Of a stretch of 34,295 bases of DNA, positions 8,460-21,170 are shown one piece after another (the first letter of the stretch is position 1; each line of letters begins with the position of its first letter). Position numbers and translations under genes: made by a program. This DNA is from Usitatibacter sp. (GTDB taxonomy: Bacteria; Pseudomonadota; Gammaproteobacteria; Burkholderiales; Usitatibacteraceae): NCBI GenBank assembly GCA_036377935.1, contig DASUXK010000368.1, positions 1 through 34,295 of the forward strand, written 5' to 3'. The notes below the pieces were generated by a model. That model was not told where the DNA came from and searched no databases. It saw only the letters and a list, made by a program, of their open reading frames with translations.

Positions 8460-9594
8460 ACGCGGAAAGATACGGCATCAGCGCCTCGACCACACGCGCG
8501 TCGTGTCCGGCGGCGAGCGAGCGGTGCAGCGCCTCGAAGCGCCGCCGCAGCCGCTCGCGCGCGAGGCGGTTGTCGAGCCAGTTGAGCATCGCGCGCGCGA
8601 GGTTCTCCGGCGTCGCGTCGTCCTGCAGCAGCTCGGGCACCACGAACTCGCCGCACAGGATGTTGGGCAGGCTGAAGTACGGCAGGATCGCCTTGCGCTT
8701 CACGAGCCAGTGCGTGAGCGGCTTCACGCGGTAGGTCACGACCATCGGGCAGCGCGCGAGCGCCGCCTCGAGCGTCGCCGTGCCGCTCGCGACGAGGGCC
8801 ACCTCCGCCGCCTGCAGGGCGAGGCGCGCATGGCCGAAGAGGATGGTGATCGGCAGCTCCGCCGCCTCGAGCGCATAGAGGCGGCGCTCGAAGTAGTCGC
8901 GCGTCTCGCGCGTGGCGAGCGGCACGAAGAAGCGCAGGCCCGGGCGCATCGCGCACAGCCGCTGCACGGAGCGGATCACGAGGTCCGCGTGCAGCTCGAG
9001 CTCGCTCGCGCGGCTTCCCGGCAGGATCGCGATGGGCACCGCGCCGCCGGCCACGCGCAGCTGCGAGCGCGCCTCCTGCTGCCCGGGGTCGAGCGGCATC
9101 GCGTCGGCGAGCGGGTGGCCGACGTAGTCGACGGCGATGCCCGCCTCGCGGTAGATCGCTTCCTCGAACGGGAACATCACCAGCATCCGGTCCACCGAGC
9201 GCCCGATGGTGTGGATGCGCTCGGGACGCCATGCCCAGAGCGACGGGCTCACGTAGTGCACGGTCGGGATGCCGGCGGCCTTGAGCTTCGCCTCGAGGCC
9301 GAGGTTGAAATCCGGCGCGTCGATGCCGATGAAGAGCGAGGGCCGCTCGGCGAGGAAGTGGCGCGTGACGCCGCGGCGGATCGCGAGGATCTCCGGCAGG
9401 CTCTTCAGCACCTCCACGTAGCCGCGCACCGCGAGCCTTTCCATCGGGAAGAGCGTGCGCGCGCCCTCGGCCGTCATCTTCGGCCCCGCGATGCCCTCGA
9501 ACTCGAGCCCGGGCCAGCGCGCCTTGAGGGCGCGGATCAGCGCCGCGCCGAGGAGATCGCCGGAAGCCTCGCCGGCGACGATCCCGACCTTCAC
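8404..9594 (-). CDS. lpxB: Lipid-A-disaccharide synthase
   Basis: GTG start in a GTGA overlap with the lpxA stop; [51 protein letters not shown]. Confidence 0.96.
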   Translation of the reverse strand: MKVGIVAGEASGDLLGAALIRALKARWPGLEFEGIAGPKMTAEGARTLFPMERLAVRGYVEVLKSLPEILAIRRGVTRHFLAERPSLFIGIDAPDFNLGLEAKLKAAGIPTVHYVSPSLWAWRPERIHTIGRSVDRMLVMFPFEEAIYREAGIAVDYVGHPLADAMPLDPGQQEARSQLRVAGGAVPIAILPGSRASELELHADLVIRSVQRLCAMRPGLRFFVPLATRETRDYFERRLYALEAAELPITILFGHARLALQAAEVALVASGTATLEAALARCPMVVTYRVKPLTHWLVKRKAILPYFSLPNILCGEFVVPELLQDDATPENLARAMLNWLDNRLARERLRRRFEALHRSLAAGHDARVVEALMPYLSACEAFVPSPDAGLRAAVRG

Positions 9595-10367
9595 CGCAGG
9601 AGGCCCCGGTCGGACTTTTCGAGGAAGTCGAGGATGAGTCCCACGTCGGGCGACTCGGCGGCCTGCTTGCCGAGCTCGGCGCGCGCCTCGGCGAGCGTGA
9701 GGCCCGACTTGAACAGGGTCTTGTAGGCGCGGCGCAGCGCCGCGATCGACTCGGGCGCGAAGCCGCGGCGCTTGAGGCCTTCCGCATTGATGCCGTGGGT
9801 GGCGATGGGGCTGCCGCCCACCATCACGTAGGGCGCGATGTCCTGCAGCACGATGCTGCCGCCGCCCACCATGGCATGCGCCCCCACCTTCACGAACTGG
9901 TGGAACGCCGAGTGCCCGCCGAGCACCGCATGGTCGCCGACGTGCACGTGCCCGCCGAGGGTCGTGAGGTTCGCGAACACGGTATGGCTGCCGACCTGGC
10001 AATCGTGCGCGATGTGGCAGTAGGCCATGATCCAGTTGTCCGCGCCCACGCGCGTGATGCCCGCGTCCTGCACGGTCCCGCGGTTGATGGTGGCGTACTC
10101 GCGGATCGTGTTGCCGTCGCCGATCTCCAGGCCCGTGGGCTCGCCCTTGTACTTCTTGTCCTGGTTCGCCTCGCCGATGGAGCAGAAGTGGAAGATGCGG
10201 TTGCCCTTGCCGATCCGGGTGCGGCCCGTGATCACGTTGTGGGCGCCGACGGTGGTGCCCTCGCCGATCTCCACCTCGCCGTCGACGACGGTGTACGGGC
10301 CGATGGTCACGTCCCCGGCGAGCTTCGCCTTCGGGTCGACTACAGCGGTTTTGTGGATCGTGGCCAT
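9591..10367 (-). CDS. lpxA: UDP-N-acetylglucosamine O-acyltransferase
   Basis: Hexapeptide repeats, [30 protein letters not shown]. Confidence 0.97.
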   Translation of the reverse strand: MATIHKTAVVDPKAKLAGDVTIGPYTVVDGEVEIGEGTTVGAHNVITGRTRIGKGNRIFHFCSIGEANQDKKYKGEPTGLEIGDGNTIREYATINRGTVQDAGITRVGADNWIMAYCHIAHDCQVGSHTVFANLTTLGGHVHVGDHAVLGGHSAFHQFVKVGAHAMVGGGSIVLQDIAPYVMVGGSPIATHGINAEGLKRRGFAPESIAALRRAYKTLFKSGLTLAEARAELGKQAAESPDVGLILDFLEKSDRGLLR

Positions 10368-10400
10368 CGGTTCAAAGGGCGTTGGAACCCGCGGCTCCGA

Positions 10401-10853
10401 TCAGCTTCCCAATTCGCGCAGCGCGCACAGCAGCTCGGCCTCGCAGACGACCGTGTCGCCCACCTTGGCCAGCGTGTCGTACTTGCCGATGCCGCGGCCC
10501 TGGCGGCCCTGGGTCACCTCGAGGCGCAGGGTGTCGCCGGGGACGACCGGCTTCTTGAAGCGCGCCCCGTCGATGCCCACGAAGTAGTAGACCCACTTCC
10601 CGTCGTTCTTGTGGCCGAGGCTCTTCAGCGAGAGCACCGCGGCGGCCTGCGCCATCGCCTCGACGATCAGCACGCCGGGCATGACCATGTAGTGCGGGAA
10701 ATGGCCCGGGAAGAAGGGCTCGTTCGCGGTCACGTTCTTGATCGCGACCAGGCGCTTGTCCTTCTCGAACTCGACCACGCGGTCGATCAGCAGGAACGGA
10801 TATCGGTGCGGGAGATATTCCTGGATCTCCTCAATGGTCATCGTCTGGCTCAC
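10401..10853 (-). CDS. fabZ: 3-hydroxyacyl-ACP dehydratase
   Basis: [50 protein letters not shown]; start may be ATG 10841. Confidence 0.97.
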   Translation of the reverse strand: MSQTMTIEEIQEYLPHRYPFLLIDRVVEFEKDKRLVAIKNVTANEPFFPGHFPHYMVMPGVLIVEAMAQAAAVLSLKSLGHKNDGKWVYYFVGIDGARFKKPVVPGDTLRLEVTQGRQGRGIGKYDTLAKVGDTVVCEAELLCALRELGS

Positions 10854-11865
10854 GGTCCTCTCCCGGAAGGGCGCCCGCGGGGCGCCCGGCGATTCGTTCC
10901 AGCCGCCGGAGCAGCGCGGCGCTTCGCAGCCACTGCGCGTGCGGCATCATCGGCAGGCCCGAGGTGTACGTCCCCGGCTGGGTGATGGGCTTGGCGACCA
11001 GCGTCATGCCCGAGATGGTGACGCGGTCGCAGATCGAGATGTGCCCGACGATGCCCACGCCGCCGCCGATCATGCAGTCGCGCCCGATGGTGACGCTGCC
11101 CGAGATCCCCGTGCATCCGGCGATCACGGTGTGCGCCCCGATCACGCAGTTGTGCGCGACCTGGATCTGGTTGTCGAGCTTCACGCCGTCCCCGATCACC
11201 GTGTCGTCGAGCGCTCCGCGGTCGATCGTGGTGTTGGCGCCGATCTCCACGTCGTCGCCGATCCTCACCGCGCCCACCTGCGGGATCTTGATCCAGCGCC
11301 CTTCGTCGCGGGCCATGCCGAAGCCGTCGGCGCCGATCACCGCGCCCGAATGCACGATGCAGCGCGCGCCCAGGCGGCAGCGCTCGTACACCGCCACGCC
11401 GGCGTTCAGGCGCGTCCCCTCGCCGATCTCGACCTGCGCGCCGAGCGTCGCGTGCGCGCCGATGACGGCCCCGCGCGCGACGCGGCACCGCGGCCCGATC
11501 ACGGCGAACGGCCCCACCTCGGCGCCGGCGTCGACGCGCGCGGTGGGATCGACCTGCGCGGTGGGATGCACGCCGGGCACGGCCTCGGGCGCCGGGTGGA
11601 AGAGCGCCACGGTGCGCGCGTAATAGGCGTAGGGATTGTCGGAGACGATGCGCGGCATGGAGGCCGCGTCGCGGTCGCCGCGGCCCAGGATCACGGCGCC
11701 GGCGCGCGTGGCGGCGAGCTTCGCGCGGTAGCGGGGATTGGCGAGGAAGGCGATCTCGCGCGGGCCGGCGGAATCGAGCGTCGCCACGCCCGTGAGCGGG
11801 GCGGCGGGCTCGCCCACCGCCTCGCCGCCGAGGCGCTCGACGATCTGCCGCAGGGTGAGCTCCAC
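10831..11865 (-). CDS. lpxD: UDP-3-O-(3-hydroxyacyl)glucosamine N-acyltransferase
   Basis: [54 protein letters not shown]. Confidence 0.97.
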   Translation of the reverse strand: MELTLRQIVERLGGEAVGEPAAPLTGVATLDSAGPREIAFLANPRYRAKLAATRAGAVILGRGDRDAASMPRIVSDNPYAYYARTVALFHPAPEAVPGVHPTAQVDPTARVDAGAEVGPFAVIGPRCRVARGAVIGAHATLGAQVEIGEGTRLNAGVAVYERCRLGARCIVHSGAVIGADGFGMARDEGRWIKIPQVGAVRIGDDVEIGANTTIDRGALDDTVIGDGVKLDNQIQVAHNCVIGAHTVIAGCTGISGSVTIGRDCMIGGGVGIVGHISICDRVTISGMTLVAKPITQPGTYTSGLPMMPHAQWLRSAALLRRLERIAGRPAGALPGEDREPDDDH

Positions 11866-11867
11866 GG

Positions 11868-12368
11868 CTACTTGTCCGCGAGGGCGCGGATCACCTTGTC
11901 CGTGATGTCGATGCGCGAGCTCGCGAACACGGCTTCCTGCACGATGAGGTCGAAGTGCTCCTCGCCGGCGATCTGGTTGATCACCCGCGTCGCGCGCTCC
12001 TGCACCGCGGCGAGCTCCTCGTTGCGGCGCAGGTTGAGGTCCTCGCGGATCTCGCGCTGCTTCCTCTGGAACTCGCGGCTGATGTCGGCGAGCTGGCGCT
12101 CCTTCTCGCGCCGCGCCTGCTCGGTCATCGTCATGTTGTCGCGCTCGAGCTCGGACTGCAGGTCGCGGCCCTTCTTCTCGAGCGTGGAAAGCTCCGAGTT
12201 GCGCGCGGCGAACTCGCGCTCGAGCTTCTGCTGCGCGCGCCGGGCGGGCGCGGCCTCGCGGAACACGCGCTCCGTGTTGACGAAGCCGATCTTGAGCTCG
12301 GCCGCCTGCGCCGAGAGCGCCACGGCGGCGAGGAGCGCCGCAAGGATCATCTTCATGACCCGTCCCAT
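11868..12368 (-). CDS. skp: Periplasmic chaperone Skp/OmpH
   Basis: Signal peptide AQA-AELKIGFVN, coiled coil, DITDKVI; lies between bamA and lpxD; start 12368 or 12356. Confidence 0.93.
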   Translation of the reverse strand: MGRVMKMILAALLAAVALSAQAAELKIGFVNTERVFREAAPARRAQQKLEREFAARNSELSTLEKKGRDLQSELERDNMTMTEQARREKERQLADISREFQRKQREIREDLNLRRNEELAAVQERATRVINQIAGEEHFDLIVQEAVFASSRIDITDKVIRALADK

Positions 12369-12373
12369 CCTGA

Positions 12374-14674
12374 TCAGAAAATCCGGCCCAGCTGGAATTG
12401 GAACCGCTCGATCTTGTCCTGGGGCTGCTTGCGGATCGGGAAGCCCAGCGCGAACTTGAGCGGCCCCACCGGCGAATCCCAGCTCACCGCGACGCCCGTG
12501 GAGACGCGGATCGAGTTGCCCGTGATCTTCTCGCCCTCGCCCCAGACGTTGCCGAAGTCGACGAAGGCCGAGAGACGCACGTTCTTTTCCTTGAAGCCGG
12601 GCGGCGGGAACATGAGCTCGATGTTGCCCACGAGCATGCGGTTGCCGCCGAGGATGTCGTCGTTCGTGTCGCGCGGCCCGAGCGTCGCCGTCTGGAAGCC
12701 GCGCACCGAATCCACGCCGCCGGCGTAGAAGTTCTTGAAGAACGGCAGCGGGTGCCCGCGGTAGCCGTTGGCGTAGCCGAGCTGCCCGTTCAGCATGAGC
12801 GTGGCCCACGAGAACTGGTTGTCCGGCGTGAAGAACCACTGGCTCTGGTAGTTGGCGCGGTAGTACGTGAGGTCGCCCGGCGGCACGCCCACCTCGATGC
12901 CGGCCTCGTTGAGCGCGCCGCGCGTGGGCCACGTGAGGCTGTCGCGGGTGTCGTGCGCGAAGGAGATGTTGCTGCGCAGCGTGTTCGTGTTTTCGCCGAA
13001 CTCGGAGATGAAGTCGAGGTAGCGCTGCGGCGCGATGGACGGGTCGATCGACAGGCTCGTCTTCTCCGCGGTGGCGCCGAGGCTCACCGTGTCGTACTCG
13101 GTGACCGGGATGCCGAAGCGCACGCCCGCGCCCGTGGTGTAGGTGTGGTACGAGGCGATGTCGAGGGAGGAGGTGTCGACGTCGCGGCGGAAGATGTCGA
13201 AGCCGCGCGAGACGCCGTCGGCCGTCCAGTAGGGGTTCACGTAGGTGAACGAGTACACCTTGTTCACCGAGCCGTTGTTGAGCTGGAAGGCGAACATGTT
13301 GCCCGTGCCGAGCACGTTCGACTGCGAGACCGAGGCCTGGATCGCGAGCTTCTCGGCCGCGGAGTAGCCCACGCCGAAGGTGAGCGCGCCGGTGTTGCGC
13401 TCGGTGACGGTGACGTTCACGTCCACCTGGTCCGAGGTGCCGGGCACCGCGGGCGTCTCGATGTTCACGTCGGAGAAGTAGCCCGTGCGCTGCAGGCGCT
13501 CCTTGGAGCGCGCGATCTTCTCGAGCGAGTACCACGAGCCCTCGAGCTGGCGCAGCTCCCGGCGCACCACCTCGTCCTGCGTCTTCTCGTTGCCCGCGAT
13601 GTTGATGCGCCTCACGTACACGCGCCGGCCGGGATCGACGAAGAAGGTGAAGCTCGCCACGCGCCTGGCGCGGTCGAGGTCCGGCACCGGGTTCACGTTC
13701 GCGAACGAGTAGCCGTCGTTGCCGAGGCGGTCGGTGATGCGCTTGGTCGCCTCGACGATCTTCTCGCGCGAGAAGATCTCGCCCGGCTTCACCGTGAGCA
13801 GGCGCCGCAGCTCGGGCTCGCCCACGATGAGGTCGCCGCTGAACTTGACGCTCCCGACGTGGTAGACCGGGCCCTCGCTGATCGCGATGGTGATGTAGAT
13901 GTGCTCGCGGTCCGGCGTGATCGAGACCTGCGTCGACTCGATGTTGAACTCGAGGTAGCCGCGGTTGAGGTAGTAGGAGCGCAGGGACTCCAGGTCCGCG
14001 GTGAGCTGCTGCTTCGAGTACTGGTCGTTCTTGGTGAACCAGGTGAACCATCCCGGCGTCGTGAGCTTCATCTGCTTCAGCAGCTCCTTCTCGCTGAAGT
14101 CGTGCGCGCCGATGATGTTGATGTCCGCGATCTTGGTGACGTCGCCCTCGGTGATGTCGAAGCGCAGCGCCACGCGGTTCCTCTCGAGCGGGGTCACCGT
14201 GGTGCGCACCACCGCGCCGTAGTAGCCGCGGCTCGTGTACTGGCGCTTGAGCTCCTTCTCCGCGCGGTCGACGAGCGACTTGTCGTAGATGCGCGACTCG
14301 GCGATGCCGGCCTGCTTGAGGCCGTCGGTGAGGTTCTCCTTCGTGAACTCCTTGGCGCCGGAGATCTCGATCGAGGCGATGGCGGGGCGCTCGTGCACCG
14401 AGACGACCAGCACGTCGCCGTCGGCCTCGAGCCGCACGTCCGAATAGAAGCCCGTCCCGTAGAGCGCGCGGATGGCCTGCGCGGCCTTGTCGTCGTCGAT
14501 GCGCTCGCCGACCTTCACCGGGAGGTAGGTGAAGATGGTCCCGGCTTCCGTGCGCTGCACGCCCTCGACGCGGATGTCCTTGATGACGAAGGGCTCGAAG
14601 GCGAGGGCAGGCGCAGCGATGGCCGCCGCGCACGCCATGAGCAGGCGAAGGCGGAAATTGCGGGGACGCGTCAA
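12374..14674 (-). CDS. bamA: Outer membrane protein assembly factor BamA
   Basis: FVIKDIRVEGVQR, POTRA repeats, FYAGGVDSVRGF, SPVGPL, FQFQLGRIF; start (TTG 14674) uncertain. Confidence 0.97.
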   Translation of the reverse strand: MTRPRNFRLRLLMACAAAIAAPALAFEPFVIKDIRVEGVQRTEAGTIFTYLPVKVGERIDDDKAAQAIRALYGTGFYSDVRLEADGDVLVVSVHERPAIASIEISGAKEFTKENLTDGLKQAGIAESRIYDKSLVDRAEKELKRQYTSRGYYGAVVRTTVTPLERNRVALRFDITEGDVTKIADINIIGAHDFSEKELLKQMKLTTPGWFTWFTKNDQYSKQQLTADLESLRSYYLNRGYLEFNIESTQVSITPDREHIYITIAISEGPVYHVGSVKFSGDLIVGEPELRRLLTVKPGEIFSREKIVEATKRITDRLGNDGYSFANVNPVPDLDRARRVASFTFFVDPGRRVYVRRINIAGNEKTQDEVVRRELRQLEGSWYSLEKIARSKERLQRTGYFSDVNIETPAVPGTSDQVDVNVTVTERNTGALTFGVGYSAAEKLAIQASVSQSNVLGTGNMFAFQLNNGSVNKVYSFTYVNPYWTADGVSRGFDIFRRDVDTSSLDIASYHTYTTGAGVRFGIPVTEYDTVSLGATAEKTSLSIDPSIAPQRYLDFISEFGENTNTLRSNISFAHDTRDSLTWPTRGALNEAGIEVGVPPGDLTYYRANYQSQWFFTPDNQFSWATLMLNGQLGYANGYRGHPLPFFKNFYAGGVDSVRGFQTATLGPRDTNDDILGGNRMLVGNIELMFPPPGFKEKNVRLSAFVDFGNVWGEGEKITGNSIRVSTGVAVSWDSPVGPLKFALGFPIRKQPQDKIERFQFQLGRIF

Positions 14675-14678
14675 GGGT

Positions 14679-16046
14679 TCAGCCCGTGAAGAGGCGGTTG
14701 ATGTCGTTGTAGAAGGCGAAGACCGTGAGACCGACGAGGAGCGCGAGGCCGAAGCGCTGGCCGATCTCCATCGCGCGATCCGACACCGGGCTGCCCTTCA
14801 CGATTTCGGCGAAATAATACACCAGGTGCCCCCCGTCCAATAGCGGGATCGGGAGCAGGTTGAGCACGCCGAGGCTCACGCTCACGAGGGCGAGGAAGCC
14901 CAGCCACGCGACCCATCCGAGCTGCGCCGACTGCCCCGCGTAGTCGGCGATCGTGATGGGCCCGGAGAGGTTGCGCCACGAGACCTGGCCGATCGCCATG
15001 CGGCCGAGCATCTTGAGGCTGAAGCCGGAGAGGTCGACGACCTTGCCCACCGCCTTCCCGAAGGCGTCGAGCGGGCCGTAGCGCACGGTGGTCGCGAGCC
15101 GCTCGTAGGCGCGCCGCAGGTCGGGCGAGGCCTCGACGCCGAGGCGGCCGATGCGCGCATCGCCCTCGCCCACCGCGTCGGGCACCGCGTCGAGCGCGAC
15201 CGGGTATCCCGCGCGCCGCACCTCGAACGCGATGCGCCGGTCGGGATTCGCGGCGACGATCGCCGTGAAATCGAACCACGTGCGCACGGGCTTGCCGGCG
15301 GCGGCGACGACGAGGTCGCCCTCGCGCAGCCCCGCGCGCTCCGCGGCGCTGCCCGGGAGCACGCGGCCGAGGCGCGCCGGCGCATCGGGGCGGAAGGGCC
15401 GCAGCCCCAGCTTGGCGAGGAAGTCCTGGTCGAGGTCGTCCTTCGAGAGCCCCGAGAGGTCGACGCGCCGCGTCTGGCGCGCGCCCGAGGGCGTCTCGAC
15501 GTCGAGCACCGCCGTGCCGCGCTTCACCGCATCCTGGAGCAGCAGCCAGCGCACGTCGTTCCAGGTGCGCGTGCGCTCGCCGTCGATGGAGAGCACCGTC
15601 TCGCCGTTCGAGATCCCGGCGGCGGCGGCCGCGCTCGCGGGCGCGGGATCGCCCAGCACGGGCTTCACGCCCGGCATGCCGGCCACGAAGAGCGCCCAGT
15701 ACACGAGCACGGCGAGGAGGAGGTTCGCGATCGGCCCGGCGAGCACGATGAAGATGCGCGCCCACACGCTCTTGCGGTTGAACGCGCGGTGGCGCTCCTC
15801 GGGCCGCACCTCGCCCTCGCGCTCGTCGAGCATCTTCACGAAGCCGCCGAGCGGCACCGCGGCGATCGCCCACTCCGTGCCGTCGGGCCCGCGCCGCCAC
15901 ACCTTGAGCGCACGGCCGAAGCCCACGCTGAAGCGCAGGATCCTCACGCCCATCATGCGCGCCGCCGCGTAGTGGCCGAGCTCGTGGATCACGACGAGCA
16001 CGCCGATGGTGACGAGGAAGGAAGCGATGGTGACGAGGACGCTCAT
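14679..16046 (-). CDS. rseP: RIP metalloprotease RseP
   Basis: [28 protein letters not shown] regions, [12 protein letters not shown]; ATGA overlap with dxr. Confidence 0.96.
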   Translation of the reverse strand: MSVLVTIASFLVTIGVLVVIHELGHYAAARMMGVRILRFSVGFGRALKVWRRGPDGTEWAIAAVPLGGFVKMLDEREGEVRPEERHRAFNRKSVWARIFIVLAGPIANLLLAVLVYWALFVAGMPGVKPVLGDPAPASAAAAAGISNGETVLSIDGERTRTWNDVRWLLLQDAVKRGTAVLDVETPSGARQTRRVDLSGLSKDDLDQDFLAKLGLRPFRPDAPARLGRVLPGSAAERAGLREGDLVVAAAGKPVRTWFDFTAIVAANPDRRIAFEVRRAGYPVALDAVPDAVGEGDARIGRLGVEASPDLRRAYERLATTVRYGPLDAFGKAVGKVVDLSGFSLKMLGRMAIGQVSWRNLSGPITIADYAGQSAQLGWVAWLGFLALVSVSLGVLNLLPIPLLDGGHLVYYFAEIVKGSPVSDRAMEIGQRFGLALLVGLTVFAFYNDINRLFTG

Positions 16047-17278
16047 GGAGGCGGTACGTGGGAGGCCGGGATGCGCCGGGCGCCGGCGCCCTGGCGCGCG
16101 ACGAAGCGCGCGGCGAGCCCACGCGCCTCGACATCCACAGCATAAACCTGCTCGAGGGACGCGAGGGGCTCCGCGGGCATCTCGCCCAGGACCTGCTCGA
16201 TCACCTCCCCGATGGCGGTGAACGGGAGGCGCCCGGCGAGGAACGCCTCCACGGCGACCTCGTTCGCGGCGTTGAGCGCGGCGGGCGCCGTGCCGCCGAG
16301 CCGGATCGCCTCCGCGGCGAGCCGCAGGCACGGGAAGCGCGCGCTGTCGGCCCGCTCGAACTCGAGCTTGCCGAGCGTCGCGAAATCCAGCGGCCCCACG
16401 CCCGATGCGATCCGTTCGGGCCATGCCAGCGCGCAGGCGATCGGCGTTCGCATGTCGGGGGCGCCCAGCTGCGCGATCACCGACCCGTCGTGGTACTCGA
16501 CCAGCGAGTGGATCACGCTCTGCGGATGCACCACGACCTCGATCGCTTCCAGCGGCGCGGCGAAGAGCCAGTGCGCCTCGATCACCTCGAGGCCCTTGTT
16601 CATCATGGTCGCCGAATCCACGGAGATCTTGCGGCCCATCACCCAGTTGGGATGGGCGCAGGCCTGCTCCGGCGTGACCCGGGCGAGGCGCTCGAGCGGC
16701 GTGGTGCGGAACGGGCCGCCGGAGGCGGTGAGGAGGATGCGCCGCGCGCCGGAGCGCTCGAACTCGCCCGCGCGCCCGCACACGAAGCCGCGCGGCAGCG
16801 ACTGGAAGACGGCGGAATGCTCGCTGTCGATGGGAAGCAGCGTCGCGCCGCCTTCGGCGGCCGCGGCGATGAAGAGCGCGCCCGACATGACGAGCGCTTC
16901 CTTGTTGGCGAGCAGCACCGTCTTGCCGGCGCGGGCGGCCGCGATGGTGGCGGGCAGGCCCGCGGCGCCCACGATGGCCGCCATGACCGTATCGACGCCG
17001 GCGCCCGAGGCCACTTCCTCGAGGGCGGCCGGCCCCTGCAGCACGCGCGTCGCGAGCCCGCGCGCGCGGATGGCGCGATCGAGGCGCTCGGCCGCGGCGG
17101 CATCGGCGAGCACGGCGTGGCGCGGCCGATGCGCGACGCACTGCGCGAGGAGCGCCTCGTCGTTCTTCCCGGCGGCGAGCGCCGCGACCTCGAAGCGCTC
17201 CGGATGGCGCGCGATCACGTCGAGCGTGCTCGCGCCGATGGAGCCGGTGGAGCCGAGGACGGCGATGCGGGTCTTCAT
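16043..17278 (-). CDS. dxr: 1-deoxy-D-xylulose-5-phosphate reductoisomerase
   Basis: [63 protein letters not shown]. Confidence 0.97.
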   Translation of the reverse strand: MKTRIAVLGSTGSIGASTLDVIARHPERFEVAALAAGKNDEALLAQCVAHRPRHAVLADAAAAERLDRAIRARGLATRVLQGPAALEEVASGAGVDTVMAAIVGAAGLPATIAAARAGKTVLLANKEALVMSGALFIAAAAEGGATLLPIDSEHSAVFQSLPRGFVCGRAGEFERSGARRILLTASGGPFRTTPLERLARVTPEQACAHPNWVMGRKISVDSATMMNKGLEVIEAHWLFAAPLEAIEVVVHPQSVIHSLVEYHDGSVIAQLGAPDMRTPIACALAWPERIASGVGPLDFATLGKLEFERADSARFPCLRLAAEAIRLGGTAPAALNAANEVAVEAFLAGRLPFTAIGEVIEQVLGEMPAEPLASLEQVYAVDVEARGLAARFVARQGAGARRIPASHVPPP

Positions 17279-18111
17279 CGCATCGCCATGATCGCCAGCG
17301 CCGCCAGGGGCAGCGTGGAGGTGAGCGCGTCGATGCGGTCGAGCACGCCGCCGTGGCCGGGCAGCAGCGCGCTCGAATCCTTGCGGCCCACGCCGCGCTT
17401 CATCCACGACTCGAAGAGGTCGCCCACGACGCTGAGGAGCGCGAGGGCCAACATGGCGAGGATCGCGGGGATGCCCGCGGCGGGCGCGAAGATCGCGGCG
17501 AAGGGCCCGTGGCGCGCGTGCGCCACGGCGGCGAGCACGATCGCGTAGGCGAGCACGCCGCCCAGCGCGCCGAGGAGGCCTTCCCAGGTCTTGCCCGGGC
17601 TCACCGCGGGGGCGAGCTTGCGACGGCCGAAGCGCTTGCCGCAGAAATAGGCGGCGATGTCCGCGACCCACACCAGCGCCGCGGCGCCGAGCAGGATCCA
17701 GGGGCCCGCGTCGCGCAGCACGATGCACGCGGCCCACGTCGGCCACACCACGACCCATCCGGCGAGCGCCGCGACCGGCGCGGTGGGGCGCAGGTGCCTG
17801 GCGATCCACGCGGGCGCGGCCGCGACCCAGAAGACGGTGGCCACGGCGAAGAGGACCAGGGCGAGGCGGCGGAACGCTTCGGCATCGGCGGAGCGCTCGT
17901 AGACCCCGAGCGCGGCCGCGATCGCCACGGAGAGCGCGAGGAATACGGCCTGCCCCCCGCGCGAAAGCCCCGAGAGCCGCGACCATTCCCAGCAGCACAC
18001 GAGGCCCACGGCGAGCATGAAGAGCGACCAGAGGGCCCGCGGCGCGAGGAACACCAGCGCGACGACCACCACCAAGGCCACGACCGCGGTGATCACCCGT
18101 GTGGCCAGCAT
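17275..18111 (-). CDS. cdsA: Phosphatidate cytidylyltransferase
   Basis: [51 protein letters not shown]. Confidence 0.96.
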   Translation of the reverse strand: MLATRVITAVVALVVVVALVFLAPRALWSLFMLAVGLVCCWEWSRLSGLSRGGQAVFLALSVAIAAALGVYERSADAEAFRRLALVLFAVATVFWVAAAPAWIARHLRPTAPVAALAGWVVVWPTWAACIVLRDAGPWILLGAAALVWVADIAAYFCGKRFGRRKLAPAVSPGKTWEGLLGALGGVLAYAIVLAAVAHARHGPFAAIFAPAAGIPAILAMLALALLSVVGDLFESWMKRGVGRKDSSALLPGHGGVLDRIDALTSTLPLAALAIMAMR

Positions 18112-18120
18112 CGCGACGCT

Positions 18121-18888
18121 TCAGCCCGCCTGCGTGACGGCCTCGGACGGCGCGAGCTGCTCGCTCGTGCGCCCGAAGCGGCGCTCGCGGCGGCGGTAGG
18201 AGGCGATGGCCTCGTCGAGCGCCTTCGTCCCGAAGTCGGGCCACAGCGCGTCGGTGAAGTAGAGCTCGGTGTAGGCGAGCTGCCACAGCAGGAAGTTCGA
18301 GATGCGCTTCTCGCCGCCCGTGCGGATGAAGAGGTCCGGCTCCGGCGCGTGGCTCATCGCGAGGAAGCGCGCGAGGCGCGCCTCGGTGATCGGGGCGTTC
18401 GGGTCCTCCAGCCGGCAGCGCTCGGCCGCCTGCAGGATGTCCCAGCGCCCGCCGTAGTTCGCGGCGACCGTGAGCGTGAGACGCGTATGGCCGGCGGTGA
18501 GCTCCTCGCCGCGCCGGATGTGCTCGCGGATGCGCGGATCGAAGGGCGAGAGGTCGCCCACGACGCGGAAGCGGATGGCGTTGGAGTGGAGCTTCCCGAC
18601 CTCCTGCTCGAGCGCGCGCAGGAAGAGCTGCATGAGGAAGGTGACCTCCTCGGGCGGCCGGCGCCAGTTCTCGCTCGAGAAGGCGAAGAGCGTGAGGTAC
18701 TCGATGCCGCGCTCGATGCAGGCCTTCACCACCTCGCGCACCGTCTCCACGCCGCGCTTGTGGCCCGCGACGCGCGGCAGGAACCGGCGCTTGGCCCAGC
18801 GCCCGTTGCCGTCCATGATGATCGCGAGGTGGCGCGGGACGTCGCGGCCCTCGGGGATCGCCTGCGTGGAGCTGGTGAATTCGGTCAT
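18121..18888 (-). CDS. uppS: Undecaprenyl diphosphate synthase
   Basis: [53 protein letters not shown]. Confidence 0.97.
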   Translation of the reverse strand: MTEFTSSTQAIPEGRDVPRHLAIIMDGNGRWAKRRFLPRVAGHKRGVETVREVVKACIERGIEYLTLFAFSSENWRRPPEEVTFLMQLFLRALEQEVGKLHSNAIRFRVVGDLSPFDPRIREHIRRGEELTAGHTRLTLTVAANYGGRWDILQAAERCRLEDPNAPITEARLARFLAMSHAPEPDLFIRTGGEKRISNFLLWQLAYTELYFTDALWPDFGTKALDEAIASYRRRERRFGRTSEQLAPSEAVTQAG

Positions 18889-18907
18889 CGGCTGGCCTCG
18901 TGCGCCC

Positions 18908-19468
18908 TCAGACGGACATCACTTCCTTTTCCTTCTCCGCGACGAGCTTGTCGATGTCGGCGATCGCCTTGTCGGTGGTCTTCTGGACCTCGTCCTCGGA
19001 GCGCTTCTCCTGGTCCTCGCCCACCTCCCCCTTCTTGAGGAGGTCCTTCAGGTGGTTGATGGCGTCGCGGCGCACGTTGCGCACCGCCACCTTCGCGTTC
19101 TCGCCCTCGTGCTTCACGATCTTCGTGAGCTCGCGGCGGCGCTCCTCCGTGAGCGCGGGCATCGGGATGCGGATCATGTCGCCGGAGGTGGCGGGATTCA
19201 CGCCCAGGTCCGAATCGCGGATCGCCTTCTCGATCACCTGCACCATCTTCTTCTCGAAGGGCTGGATCGAGATCGTGCGCGCGTCGGCGAGCGTCACGTT
19301 GCCCACCTGGTTGATCGGCACTTCCGAGCCGTAGTAGTCGACCTTGATGTGGTCGATGAGGCCCGTATGCGCGCGGCCGGTGCGGATCTTTGCGAGGTCG
19401 TGCTTCAGCGTCTCGATCGACTTCGCCATCTTGTCGGTCGCTTGCTTCTTGATGTCGGCGATGTTCAT
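18908..19468 (-). CDS. frr: Ribosome recycling factor
   Basis: [28 protein letters not shown]. Confidence 0.98.
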   Translation of the reverse strand: MNIADIKKQATDKMAKSIETLKHDLAKIRTGRAHTGLIDHIKVDYYGSEVPINQVGNVTLADARTISIQPFEKKMVQVIEKAIRDSDLGVNPATSGDMIRIPMPALTEERRRELTKIVKHEGENAKVAVRNVRRDAINHLKDLLKKGEVGEDQEKRSEDEVQKTTDKAIADIDKLVAEKEKEVMSV

Positions 19469-19505
19469 GCAAAGAGGCTCCTGCCTGATCGTGTCGAGCG
19501 GCGGC

Positions 19506-20270
19506 TCAATTGTGCACCAGGGTTCCCTCGTCCTCGCCCATCACCACGCGCTTCAAGGCCCCGACCTTGAAGATGCTGAACACGTTGATGGGCAGCTTCT
19601 GGTCCCTGCACAGGGCGAGCGCCGTGGCATCCATCACCTTGAGGTTCTTCACGAACGCCTCGTCGAAGGTGAGCTTGTGGTAGCGCGTGGCCGACTTGTC
19701 CTTCATGGGATCGGCCGTGTACACGCCGTCCACCTTCGTCGCCTTCAGCACGATCTGCGCCTCGACCTCCCGGCCGCGCAGGGCCGCCGCGGTGTCGGTG
19801 GTGAAGAAGGGGTTTCCCGTCCCCGCGGCGAAGATCACGACCTTTCCCTCCTCGAGGTAGCGGATCGCCTTGCCGCGGATGTAGGGCTCGACCACCGGCT
19901 CGATGGAAAGCGCCGACTGCACGCGCGCCACCAGCCCCGCGCGGTTCATGGCGTCGCCGAGGGCGAGCGCGTTGATCACGGTGGCGAGCATGCCCATGTA
20001 ATCGGCCGTCGCGCGGTCCATCCCCGCGGCGCCCTGGGAGACGCCACGGAAGATGTTGCCGCCGCCGATCACGACGCCGACCTGCACGCCGAGGTCCGAG
20101 ACCTCCTTCACCTCGCCCACGATGCGGTCGACCGTCTCGCGGTTGATGCCGAAGGAGTCGTTGCCCATCAGCGCCTCCCCCGAGAGCTTCAGGAGGATGC
20201 GCGTATAGGCGGGAGAGGCCGGCGGGTTGGGCTGTTCCGCTGCGGGGGCCGTTCCGGGCTCGGCGCTCAC
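19506..20270 (-). CDS. pyrH: UMP kinase
   Basis: [50 protein letters not shown]. Confidence 0.97.
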   Translation of the reverse strand: MSAEPGTAPAAEQPNPPASPAYTRILLKLSGEALMGNDSFGINRETVDRIVGEVKEVSDLGVQVGVVIGGGNIFRGVSQGAAGMDRATADYMGMLATVINALALGDAMNRAGLVARVQSALSIEPVVEPYIRGKAIRYLEEGKVVIFAAGTGNPFFTTDTAAALRGREVEAQIVLKATKVDGVYTADPMKDKSATRYHKLTFDEAFVKNLKVMDATALALCRDQKLPINVFSIFKVGALKRVVMGEDEGTLVHN

Positions 20271-20277
20271 GCGGACC

Positions 20278-21156
20278 TCACGCGGCGTTGCGGGTCATCG
20301 CCGCCACTTCCGCGGCGAAGTCGCTCTGCTTCTTCTCGATGCCCTCGCCCACGACGAGGAAGCGGTAGGACAGGACCCGGGTCTTGCGCGCCGCGAGCAT
20401 CTTCTCGACCGTCTGCTTGTCGTCCTTCACGAACGGCTGGCCGAGCAGCGTGTTCTCGGCGAGGAACTTGTTGATGCCGCCCTCGACCATCTTCGCGACG
20501 ATCTCGGCGGGCTTGCCGGATTCGGCCGCGCGCGCCTCGAGGATCTTGCGCTCGGAGGCGAGCTCCTCCTGCGGGAACTGGTCCTTCGCGAGGTAGCGCG
20601 GCTTGGCGAACGCGATGTGCATCGCGACGTCCTTCGCGACCGCCTCGTCGCCCTCGTACTCCACCGTCACGCCGATCTTCACGCCGTGCACGTACTGGGC
20701 GAGCTTCGCCGCGGTCTGCACGCGCTCGAAGCGGCGCACCGCGATGTTCTCGCCGATCTTCTGCACGAGCTTCTGGCGCACGGACTCGACCTTCTCGCCG
20801 CCGATCGCGAGCTCGAGGAGCGCCGCGGGATCGCGCGGGCTCTCGTTGGCCACGAGCTCGGCGAGCTGGCGCGCGAACGCGGAGAAATCCGGGTTCTTCG
20901 CGACGAAGTCCGTCTCGCAGTTCACCTCGACCATCGCCGCGGTCCTGCCGTCGGCGGAGAGGTAGGCGCCGATCGCGCCCTCGGCCGCGACGCGCGAGGC
21001 CGCCTTGGAGGCCTTGGCGCCGCTCTTGATGCGCAGCAGCTCCTCGGCCTTCTTCATGTCGCCGCCCGCTTCCTCGAGCGCCTTCTTGCACTCCATCATG
21101 CCGAGCCCGGTCAGCTCGCGCAGCTCCTTGACCATGCCTGCGGTGATTTCCGCCAT
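20278..21156 (-). CDS. tsf: Elongation factor Ts
   Basis: [39 protein letters not shown]; SD AGGAG upstream of ATG 21156. Confidence 0.98.
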   Translation of the reverse strand: MAEITAGMVKELRELTGLGMMECKKALEEAGGDMKKAEELLRIKSGAKASKAASRVAAEGAIGAYLSADGRTAAMVEVNCETDFVAKNPDFSAFARQLAELVANESPRDPAALLELAIGGEKVESVRQKLVQKIGENIAVRRFERVQTAAKLAQYVHGVKIGVTVEYEGDEAVAKDVAMHIAFAKPRYLAKDQFPQEELASERKILEARAAESGKPAEIVAKMVEGGINKFLAENTLLGQPFVKDDKQTVEKMLAARKTRVLSYRFLVVGEGIEKKQSDFAAEVAAMTRNAA

Positions 21157-21170
21157 TGCCTTCTCCTGGC

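Noticed and set aside
9591-11865. Internal periodic repeats in lpxA and lpxD
   Set aside because: Ordinary hexapeptide left-handed beta-helix repeats of these acyltransferases
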